A stretch of 64,000 nt of DNA, from the NCBI GenBank assembly GCA_965208545.1, contig OZ242341.1, positions 2,015,380-2,079,379 on the forward strand, read 5' to 3'. The translations under genes and the position numbers were made by a program. A model generated the notes under the pieces. That model was not told the DNA's origin, ran no database searches, and saw nothing but the letters and a program-made list of their open reading frames with translations. This document shows positions 52,800 to 60,780 of this stretch, piece by piece. The number at the start of each line of letters is the position of its first letter. Position 1 is the first letter of the stretch. Origin of the DNA: Candidatus Poriferisocius sp. (lineage in GTDB: Bacteria; Actinomycetota; Acidimicrobiia; Acidimicrobiales; Bin134).

Positions 52800-53876
52800 A
52801 TGCCGGAGCATCTGGTGATCGACGTGGACGGCCATGTGTTTGAGCCCGACGAGCTGTGGGAGCAGTATCTGCCGGCCCGATTCCACGAGCGGCGGCCCCG
52901 GCTGATCACCGACGACCGGGGCACCACTCGCTATGTGATCGAGGGCAGGGCAATCCCCCCGGGCACTGGTGTCGGCGCCTGGGCTCCCGAGGGCATCCGG
53001 GAGTCCACCACCCACCGGGAAGGCGGGGTGGACTCCGGGCTGCGACTGGCCGACATGGACACCGAGGGCATCGACACCGCGGTGCTGTACGGGGCGATGT
53101 CGCTGGGCCTTTACGCCGGTTCGGACCAAGATCTGACCGTGGCCTGCTGTCGGGCCTACAACAACTGGCTGGCCGACTGGTGCTCGGCCGACCCCAAGCG
53201 GCTGCGGGGCACCCCGGCGCTGCCATTGAAATGGATGGACGAAGCGGTGGCCGAGGCCGAGCGGTGCGTGGCCGAATTGGGGTTCGTGTCGCTGACCGTG
53301 CCCTGTGCGGTGGGCGACCGCAACCCCGACCACCCCGACAACGACCCGCTCTACGACCTGGCCGAGCAGTTGGACGTGCCCCTGGGATTCCACGCCGGCG
53401 GCTGCCGATTTGCCAACAGCCGGTTCACCGACGCTTACGCCCAACTCCATGTGATCGAGTTCCCGTTCAACCTGATGTTCGCCGCCACCACCTTGATCTG
53501 CGGTGGGGTGTTCGAGCGGTTCCAGCGGCTCCGGGTGGCGCTATTGGAAGGCGGAGTGGGCTGGGTTCCCCACACCATGGAACGACTTGACGAGCACTAC
53601 GAGTACCGGGCCCACGAATTCGACGCCATCACCAAGCCGCCCGGCGAATACCTGGCCGAAGGGCGGCTGTTCGTGTCCACCGAAGGCGAGCACGGTTTGC
53701 CCCAGGTGATCGAGCAGATCGGCTGCGCCATCATCGTGTGGGCATCTGACTACCCCCACTGGGACAGCGATTTTCCCACCAGCGTGACCGGGGTGACCGA
53801 TCGCTCTGATCTGGACGACCACCACAAGCAGGCGATATTCGAAGCCAACCCCAAGCGGCTCTTCGGATGGGATTGA
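52800..53876 (+). CDS. amidohydrolase-2 family protein
   Basis: VIDVDGHVFEP...WASDYPHWDSDFP. Confidence 0.85.
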   Translation: MPEHLVIDVDGHVFEPDELWEQYLPARFHERRPRLITDDRGTTRYVIEGRAIPPGTGVGAWAPEGIRESTTHREGGVDSGLRLADMDTEGIDTAVLYGAMSLGLYAGSDQDLTVACCRAYNNWLADWCSADPKRLRGTPALPLKWMDEAVAEAERCVAELGFVSLTVPCAVGDRNPDHPDNDPLYDLAEQLDVPLGFHAGGCRFANSRFTDAYAQLHVIEFPFNLMFAATTLICGGVFERFQRLRVALLEGGVGWVPHTMERLDEHYEYRAHEFDAITKPPGEYLAEGRLFVSTEGEHGLPQVIEQIGCAIIVWASDYPHWDSDFPTSVTGVTDRSDLDDHHKQAIFEANPKRLFGWD

Positions 53877-53880
53877 GCCC

Positions 53881-54921
53881 ATGAGCGCGATCACCACCGC
53901 CAACACCATCGAAGAGTGGGTGGAGTTGGCCCACACCGAAGGGCTGACCGACGGACTGCCGGTGTATCCCCCCACCCGAGCCGCGGTGGACGCCCTGGTG
54001 GAGGCGTCGGGCCGAGACCCCGGCCTGCTGCTGGGGGCCATACCGCCGAGGGGCGGCGCGGCCACTGTCGAGGTGGTGGCCGCCAATGCGGCAATGGCCG
54101 GCTGCAAGCCGGAGCACTTCGAGGTGGTACTGGTGGCCGTGGAGGCCATGTTGGAAGATCGCTTCAACCTGCGGGGGGTGGTCACCACCACCCATCCGTG
54201 CTGGCCCCTGGTCATTGTGTCGGGAACGGTGGTTGAGCAGCTCGAAATGGCCCACACCGAGTCGGTGTTCAGCGGCGGCGGCGCCCACGCCAACGCGGCC
54301 ATCGGCCGGGCCATCAAGCTGTTGCTGTGGAACGCGGGCGGGGCCACGCCCGGAGAACCGGTCAAAGAGGTGTTCGGCCATCCCGGCCGCTACGCCTTTT
54401 GTGTAGCCGAGTCGCCCGCCAGCCCCTGGCCCCCGCTGCATCTAGCCCGAGGAGTCGACACAGCCAGCGGGATCACGGTGTTCGCCTGCGAATCCCCCAC
54501 CAGCGTGGCCATGTGGGGGGCCGACGACACCCCAGTGAATCGACTGGCCCAGTTGGCCGACGCCATGGCCATCAAGGGGTGCAACAACACCCACACCATG
54601 GGCGAGACCCTGGTGGTTCTAACCCCGAACGAGGCCCGGCACATGGCCGAGAACGGCTACGACCGGGCCGCAGTGCAACAACAACTCTGGCAGCAGGCTC
54701 GGCGGCGGATCGGCGACCTCCTCTCCCCCGGCGTTCCCCCCTATGCCTGGTGGCCCGACTGGGTGGACGCTGAGAATCCCGATGAGTTGGTGCCGGTGAC
54801 CGAGCGACCCGAGGACATCCACGTGATGGTCACCGGCGCCGAGTCCATTCCCTGGATGGCGGTGTGCGCCGGCTGGGGCAACCTGGGCGGCTACGCCGTG
54901 AGCCGAGCGTTAGTTGGCTAG
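53881..54921 (+). CDS. conserved-looking hypothetical protein, upstream partner of the UGSC selenoprotein
   Basis: 346-aa ORF with high third-position GC. Contains TDGLPVYPPT and NAAMAGCKPEHF motifs. I can name no family. Confidence 0.6.
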   Translation: MSAITTANTIEEWVELAHTEGLTDGLPVYPPTRAAVDALVEASGRDPGLLLGAIPPRGGAATVEVVAANAAMAGCKPEHFEVVLVAVEAMLEDRFNLRGVVTTTHPCWPLVIVSGTVVEQLEMAHTESVFSGGGAHANAAIGRAIKLLLWNAGGATPGEPVKEVFGHPGRYAFCVAESPASPWPPLHLARGVDTASGITVFACESPTSVAMWGADDTPVNRLAQLADAMAIKGCNNTHTMGETLVVLTPNEARHMAENGYDRAAVQQQLWQQARRRIGDLLSPGVPPYAWWPDWVDAENPDELVPVTERPEDIHVMVTGAESIPWMAVCAGWGNLGGYAVSRALVG

Positions 54922-54939
54922 AACTGACAGGATTAGGGC

Positions 54940-55488
54940 GTGAATCTGACTGGCGAATTGGTTGATCCCCGGGGCGAGGTTGTGGTCAGCGACGAGGCGC
55001 TGGCTCCTCGGCGGGGCCACACCCAGGGGCCGCTGACCATCGGTTTTCTAGTCAACGAGTACAACCCCTCGTCGGGTCCCGACTTCACCCGCTACACCGA
55101 GGTGCTGGAGCAGGAGTTCAACCACCGCCTGGATGTGACCGCGGTGGTCCGCCAGCACAAGCCGGTGCTCAGCCGCCCGGCGGGCGACGAGATGCTGGCC
55201 TCGTTCCGGGCCTGCGCCGGGGTGGTCAACGGCCTGGCCAAATGAGGCTCATGTACGTCGGGCAGTGTGCTCGACGCCGTGAACCTGGAGAGGCTGGGCA
55301 TCCCCACCGTCACCGTGGTGACTGAGCCCTTCACCGTGGCCGCCGACACCGTGGCTCGCTCTCTGGGCATGCCCGACGTCCCTAGAGTGGTTATCCCCCA
55401 CGACTACCTCAGCGAAGACACCGACGCCATCGCCAAGAAACTCGAGCCCCTGCTGGAAGAGATCCTCGACCGGCTGTTGATTCGCTGA
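54940..55488 (+). CDS. UGSC-motif selenoprotein (in-frame TGA at 55243-55245 read as selenocysteine)
   Basis: Track ORFs 54940..55245 and 55267..55488 share a frame. Read-through gives ...NGLAK-U-GSCTSGSVLDAVNLERLGIPTVTVV... A SECIS-like hairpin starts 4 nt after the TGA. Confidence 0.7.
55249..55282 (+). promoter_or_regulatory. candidate bacterial SECIS hairpin
   Basis: UCAUG-UA-CGUCGGG-[CAGUGUG]-CUCGACG-C-CGUGA. It has helices of 5 and 7 bp, one G.U pair in each, and an apical loop containing GU. Confidence 0.5.
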
Positions 55489-55512
55489 GCAGGCTGGCCT
55501 CCAGCCTGCTGG

Positions 55513-56721
55513 CTAGCTGCTCTGCTCTTGGAATTCCTCGGGGCTGAGGATGCGGCCGCCGTCTTTGAACAAGATGTCGTTGTAGCCCTGACCAGGGGGA
55601 ATGAACTCGGCCCAGATGGGCTTGTGGTAGCCCACATAGATGGTGCGGCGGCCGCCGGAGACAGGGGCCCCAGTGGGGGGCGGAGCGCCGTGCATGGTGT
55701 GGCCGTAGTGGACGGTGACGTCGCCGGGCGAGGCGCTGATAGCCACTGTGGGCCAGCCATCGCGCACCTCGCGTGCCCGGTTGGAAGACTTATTCGAACC
55801 GGCCAGGTAATGGAGCTGGCCGTTGGCCTCGGTGCACTCGTCGAGCTGAATGCCGATGCTCACCGTGGGACAGGTGATGGAGTGGCCGCCAGTACCGCAG
55901 TCCCGGTGCCAAGGAAGATCAGCCAAACCCTCCACGATGCTGGGCAGCTTGATGACCACCGAGACGCCGTCTCCCCGCTCGGGATAGGCGGCGAAGTCGT
56001 CCCCGCCCAGCGCGCCGATGGCGTCCAGCCGGCGGTCACCGATCAATCCGAGCATCAGCTCGCTGCGGTCGTCCATGTGGGTCACCCGGCAGCACACCTC
56101 ATCACCGTCGGAGTTGGTGGCCCACCACGAGCGGTGATCGTCGGGGGTGGCCTCACTGCGCTGGCGCTCCACCTCAGCCCGTAGAGCCTCGATCTCTTCG
56201 GCGCTGAACACGCCTCTGATGTGGAGGAACCCAGCCTCGTCGAGGAACCGGCTCATCTCCTCATGGTCGTCGTCGAGAGTGAAGCTGCGGGACAGGTCCA
56301 CCGTGGGCTCCCACCCCTCGTACAAAGGTCGGCCGTGGTACATGGCCAACAACACCGGCTCGAAGTCCTCGAACAGCCCGAAGTCGCCCCGAACCATCTC
56401 GGCGGCCTCGGCGTACATCAAGCCGACCCAGGTCCACAGCTCGGCCACGTAGTTGAACCAGTTCTGCTCGCTGACCTCCACCACCAACTCGGCGTCATCG
56501 CCGGGCCGGATAACGATGCCGTTGTCATCGACCACGTAGGTCACCGACCGGCCGTCGGTCAGCCGCCAGGCGAAGCTCTTGATCAGGGCGCCGGCCGCGA
56601 TGTCAGCAGCCAACTCTCCATTGCCCGCCGCCAGCCGCCGGGGCAGTTCCTCAGCATGGAAATCGTCGAAGTCCAGGTTGTCGAACTGGGGAAGACGGGG
56701 AGCATGGTCCACTACAGCCAT
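55513..56721 (-). CDS. phytanoyl-CoA dioxygenase (PhyH) family protein with an extra N-terminal domain
   Basis: The C-terminal half has PhyH-like features (FLHIRGVFSAEEI..., PWHRDCG..., HYGHTMHGAP). Confidence 0.75.
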   Translation of the reverse strand: MAVVDHAPRLPQFDNLDFDDFHAEELPRRLAAGNGELAADIAAGALIKSFAWRLTDGRSVTYVVDDNGIVIRPGDDAELVVEVSEQNWFNYVAELWTWVGLMYAEAAEMVRGDFGLFEDFEPVLLAMYHGRPLYEGWEPTVDLSRSFTLDDDHEEMSRFLDEAGFLHIRGVFSAEEIEALRAEVERQRSEATPDDHRSWWATNSDGDEVCCRVTHMDDRSELMLGLIGDRRLDAIGALGGDDFAAYPERGDGVSVVIKLPSIVEGLADLPWHRDCGTGGHSITCPTVSIGIQLDECTEANGQLHYLAGSNKSSNRAREVRDGWPTVAISASPGDVTVHYGHTMHGAPPPTGAPVSGGRRTIYVGYHKPIWAEFIPPGQGYNDILFKDGGRILSPEEFQEQSS

Positions 56722-56778
56722 GACGAGAATTTAGTCCACTGGTACCGAGAGACCCCGAAGCGGCAGGCAGAGGCCGCT

Positions 56779-57612
56779 CTAGAACTCCATCCCCTCATAG
56801 GGGTCGGTCGGGTTGCGGCGAGCATCGATGTCGGTAAAACGAACGGCGGCCGCCTCGGGGGTGATGTCGTGGGTGAACACCCAGAACCGGTCCTCAACAA
56901 TGGCGCTCACCACGTTGTCGGCTACCACTGAAGGCGCTATTCCCTGGGCGCTGAGTGTCTCCCGCAGCGGGGTCATGATGGCGTTCTGGGTAGCAGTCAG
57001 CTCGGCGCCGTAGGGGCGGTTGCGCTCGGAGTTGAAAATCTGGGTGTTCACCAGGTTGGGGCACAAACACGACACCCCCACACCCTGGGGATGCACCTCT
57101 CTCCACAGTGACTCGCTCAATCCCACCACCGCGTGCTTGGTGGCGCAGTACATGCCCAGCACGCTGTTGGTGACCAATCCAGCCTCCGACGCGGTGTTCA
57201 CGATATGGCCCTCGCCGGCTTCCACCATGAGCGGGGCAAACGTGATCACACCGTGGGCCACGCCCATGACGTTTACCCCCACGATCCAATCCCATTCCTC
57301 GGGCGTGGTCTCCAGCATCAGCCCGGCAGGTCCCACCCCGGCGTTGTTGCACACCACATGTACGCCGCCGTAGGCCGACAGCGTCTGCTCGGCCAGATCC
57401 CTCACCGCCGCGGCATCGCTCACATCGCACAGCACACCCAGCACATCGGCGCCATCGGCCTCAAGCTGGGTGGCCGACCGGGCCAGCGCTTCTTCCTCCA
57501 CGTCGGCCATCACCACCTGCATCCCCTCGGCGACGAACCGCTTGCTCAAGCCGTATCCGATCCCGCTGGCCGCCCCGGTCACCACCGCAACCCTGCCGTT
57601 GAGCTCCTTCAT
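56779..57612 (-). CDS. SDR family oxidoreductase
   Basis: VAVVTGAASGIG...NNAG...YCATKHAV. Confidence 0.9.
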   Translation of the reverse strand: MKELNGRVAVVTGAASGIGYGLSKRFVAEGMQVVMADVEEEALARSATQLEADGADVLGVLCDVSDAAAVRDLAEQTLSAYGGVHVVCNNAGVGPAGLMLETTPEEWDWIVGVNVMGVAHGVITFAPLMVEAGEGHIVNTASEAGLVTNSVLGMYCATKHAVVGLSESLWREVHPQGVGVSCLCPNLVNTQIFNSERNRPYGAELTATQNAIMTPLRETLSAQGIAPSVVADNVVSAIVEDRFWVFTHDITPEAAAVRFTDIDARRNPTDPYEGMEF

Positions 57613-57727
57613 GGCCCGAACTCCTCTGTCCGACGATCCGACGCCTCATCTTGCCAGGGATAATTCCCAGCCGATGATTTCTGGAGTGCCGAGTGACTAA
57701 GCAGGAAGGGTGACACCCCGTAGGGTG

Positions 57728-58573
57728 ATGGGAATGGTTGCGCCAGTTGCCGATCTCAACGGGGCCATCGTGGTCGTGGCCGGGGCCGGAGGAGGAGGAA
57801 TCGGCACCTGTTCTTGTGAAGCCGCGCTGGCAGCCGGGGCCGAGGTCGTGGCGGTGGAACGGTCTCCAGAGGAGCTGGACAAGCTCGACACGCTTCCCCG
57901 CCCGGTGGTCAAAGTTCAGGCCGACCTCACCGCACCCGATGCACCGGCGGCCGTCGTTCAAGCCGCACTCGACGCCCATGGCCGCATCGACGGGCTGATC
58001 AACGTGGCCGGTGGAACCAGCATCGACGATTTCGGTCCCCTGGTGGACATCGACAGCCAGGGCTGGGACCGGGTAATGGCCAACAACCTCCGCTATGTGG
58101 CCTTCCTCAACCGCGCGGTGGCGCGAGCCATGATCGACGCTGGCACCGGCGGGGCCATGGTCAACGTCTCTTCGGTGAGCAGCCTGGCCTCCCAGCCGTT
58201 CCTGGCCGCCTACGGTGCGGCCAAGGCCGGGATCAACTCGCTAACCCGCACCATGGCCGTTGAATGGGGCGGCCACGGAATCAGGGTCAACGCCATCGCT
58301 CCCGGCACCATCACCACCCCTCGGGCCGGCGACGAAGAGTCTCCCGAGGCGGCCAAACGCGCCATCCCCCTGGGCCGCCGAGGCCATGCTGCGGAGATTG
58401 CCGCCGCCGCGGTGTTCCTGCTCAGCCCCCAGGCCAGCTACGTCACCGGACAAGTGTTGGCGGTGGATGGCGGCATGTCGGTAAAGCTGGCCATGCTGGG
58501 CGACGACAACGCTCCGGTGTTCGTAACCAAGCCCGAAGTTCGAGCCCGGATGCTCGGGACCGAATCACCATGA
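57728..58573 (+). CDS. SDR family oxidoreductase
   Basis: VVVAGAGGGGIG...YGAAKAG...PGTITTP. Possible starts are 57710, 57728 or 57734. Confidence 0.85.
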   Translation: MGMVAPVADLNGAIVVVAGAGGGGIGTCSCEAALAAGAEVVAVERSPEELDKLDTLPRPVVKVQADLTAPDAPAAVVQAALDAHGRIDGLINVAGGTSIDDFGPLVDIDSQGWDRVMANNLRYVAFLNRAVARAMIDAGTGGAMVNVSSVSSLASQPFLAAYGAAKAGINSLTRTMAVEWGGHGIRVNAIAPGTITTPRAGDEESPEAAKRAIPLGRRGHAAEIAAAAVFLLSPQASYVTGQVLAVDGGMSVKLAMLGDDNAPVFVTKPEVRARMLGTESP

Positions 58574-59307
58574 GCGAATCGCCGAGCGACGGCAAGCGCC
58601 ATCGGTTCGCCGATTGGGCTGGGGAGGACGAAGAAGCGCCGGAACTCGTGGCCGCGGCCACCGTGGTGCTCTTGCGCGACACCCCCGAAGGGCTGGAAAC
58701 CCTGATGATGCGGCGGAGCTCCAAGCTCAGCTTCGTCGGAGGAATGTGGGTGTTCCCCGGCGGACGGGTGGACGACGACGACTACCCCACCGGGCGGCCC
58801 GGCGACATATTCGCCGCCAGCCGGGTTGCCGCGGTGCGGGAGGCCGCGGAGGAGGCCGACCTAGACATTGCAGTTGATGATCTGGTGCCCTACTCCCACT
58901 GGGTGCCCCCCACCACCATCAACAAGCGCTTCGCCACTTGGTTCTTTCTGGCCCCTGCGCCCGCCGGCACCGTCACCGTGGATGGCGGCGAGATCAAGGA
59001 GCACGCCTGGTGGCGCCCGGCCGAAACCATGGCCCGACATGCCGCCGGCGAGATAGAGATGGTCCCACCCACCTTCATCACGCTGATGGAGCTGGGCGAA
59101 CACCAAACTGTCGACGACGCCTTGGCCGCAGCCCGAGGCCGGGCCGACGACATCCCCCACTATGAGACCCATATCGCCCTCGACGGCAAGGTCCCGGTGT
59201 CGCTGTGGCACGGCGACGCCGGGTACGACACCCATGACGCCAGCGCGCCCGGCCCCCGGCACCGCCTCACCCTGAAGGAGGGCGGCTGGCGGTTCGAGCG
59301 GACATGA
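58570..59307 (+). CDS. NUDIX hydrolase
   Basis: FPGGRVD...REAAEEADL (Nudix box-like). The ATG overlaps the SDR stop (ATGA). Confidence 0.75.
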   Translation: MSESPSDGKRHRFADWAGEDEEAPELVAAATVVLLRDTPEGLETLMMRRSSKLSFVGGMWVFPGGRVDDDDYPTGRPGDIFAASRVAAVREAAEEADLDIAVDDLVPYSHWVPPTTINKRFATWFFLAPAPAGTVTVDGGEIKEHAWWRPAETMARHAAGEIEMVPPTFITLMELGEHQTVDDALAAARGRADDIPHYETHIALDGKVPVSLWHGDAGYDTHDASAPGPRHRLTLKEGGWRFERT

Positions 59308-60671
59308 CCCACAGCGCCTCCCGCCCATCGGCGGCTTCACATAGGGCTCTGGCGGTGATGACCGCTCTCATCGTGGTTGCCATCAGCGCCTGCGGTACGG
59401 ATTCGGCTACCCAGACCACCCCCACCGCCACCCCCGCGGCCACTCAGCCACCGGCCACCGCCACTTCGCCCCCAGACCGCGGCCCGGTGACCTACGTGGA
59501 TCCCGTCTTTCAACCCAATGGCAACCGATTGGCCATCGGCTCGGGGCTGGGCACCGGGTTCATCCAGCAAATCACAACCAAGGACATCAACCTGGGCGAC
59601 ACCCCCACCTGGGTCACCGGCACCAGCACTACTGATGGGGATGTCTGGGTGGTGACCTTGGCCGACGGAACGGTGTACGGCTACCAGATTCCCATTGGGG
59701 GCCAGCCATTTCCTGTCGAGATACCCGGTGGACGGCTGGCTCCGGGGCAGCCTCCGGTGCTCGCGGTGCAGGGCAACTCGGTGCGTCTGGCCACCACCCC
59801 GGCCAACGCTTCGCCCAACAGCGTGCCGGTGTATCTGACCGGCAATCGAGCCGCTTACGTGGACAATCTTCAGAGGCTCACCGTGCTGGAGCCCGATGGC
59901 ACGCTGTGGCGACCCAATCTCAAGGTGCTTCCCGACACCCGGGTCGTTCAGGTCAGCCCTGAGAAGGTGCTGGTTTTGGCTGAGCCCACCGATCGCTTCC
60001 CCCATTCAGCCCTAGGCGACAACCTGGAGGCCACCTCGGTTGTGGTGGTCACCGTCGGTGTCAACGAAGTGGAGACGATCTATCGGTCTGGGGACGACGT
60101 GATCGAGTCCATCGCTCCCCTATTGGCCGATGTCGACGGCGACGGGGTCGACGACGTGGTGCTCATCGTCAGCAATGACAGCGAAGCCTGGTTGGTGGTG
60201 GTGTCCAGCACCGGGGGCGGGGTGGTGGCGATCAGCGATCCGGTGGACCGATTGCTGGGCTGGCGCCACTTGATAGCGGTGGGGCCGCTAGGTCCCACCG
60301 GACAGACCGAGATCGCTGAAGTGCTGTACCCCGACGCTCAGGGGTCGGTCAGGTTCTTGAGCTTGAGTGGTGGCAAATTGGGGGTTGTGGCGACCCGGAC
60401 GGGATACCGGTCACACGAATTCGGTGCTCGAAACCTCGAGCAAGCCGTGGCCGCCGACATCGACCGAGACAACTATGTCGAGCTGATCGTCCCCACGCTG
60501 GACCGCCAGCACATCGCCGGCGTGCGCCATGGCCCCGATGGGGCGGTGGACATGTGGAGCCGCCCGCTCGGGGGCACGCTGGCCTCGAACATCGCGCTGC
60601 TCACCCGACCTGATGGCACCATGTCGGTGGCCGTCGCCACGCTCGAGGGCTCGCTGCGCATTTGGCAGTGA
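59304..60671 (+). CDS. secreted lipoprotein with FG-GAP/Ca-binding-like repeats (hypothetical)
   Basis: Lipobox VAISAC, a TP-rich linker, and the motifs DVDGDGVDDVV and DIDRDNYVELIV. Confidence 0.6.
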   Translation: MTHSASRPSAASHRALAVMTALIVVAISACGTDSATQTTPTATPAATQPPATATSPPDRGPVTYVDPVFQPNGNRLAIGSGLGTGFIQQITTKDINLGDTPTWVTGTSTTDGDVWVVTLADGTVYGYQIPIGGQPFPVEIPGGRLAPGQPPVLAVQGNSVRLATTPANASPNSVPVYLTGNRAAYVDNLQRLTVLEPDGTLWRPNLKVLPDTRVVQVSPEKVLVLAEPTDRFPHSALGDNLEATSVVVVTVGVNEVETIYRSGDDVIESIAPLLADVDGDGVDDVVLIVSNDSEAWLVVVSSTGGGVVAISDPVDRLLGWRHLIAVGPLGPTGQTEIAEVLYPDAQGSVRFLSLSGGKLGVVATRTGYRSHEFGARNLEQAVAADIDRDNYVELIVPTLDRQHIAGVRHGPDGAVDMWSRPLGGTLASNIALLTRPDGTMSVAVATLEGSLRIWQ

Positions 60672-60677
60672 AGAGGT

Positions 60678-60741
60678 GGCGAGTTGCCAGCCCGACGGCG
60701 AGTTACCAGTGCGACGACGAGTTGCCAGTCTGCAAACGAGT
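60678..60741. repeat. three and a half tandem copies of a 19-bp unit upstream of the P-type ATPase gene
   Basis: GGCGAGTTGCCAGCCCGAC / GGCGAGTTACCAGTGCGAC / GACGAGTTGCCAGTCTGCA / AACGAGT... Confidence 0.85.
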
Positions 60742-60780
60742 CCTCCCGTGTTCATGTCGAGCCGGTAACTTCAAAGCCTG

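Noticed and set aside
54940-55488. Two separate small genes (54940..55245 and 55267..55488)
   Set aside because: They share a frame and are separated only by TGA plus 7 codons. The junction spells U-G-S-C and is followed by a SECIS-like hairpin. A single selenoprotein gene is the better model.
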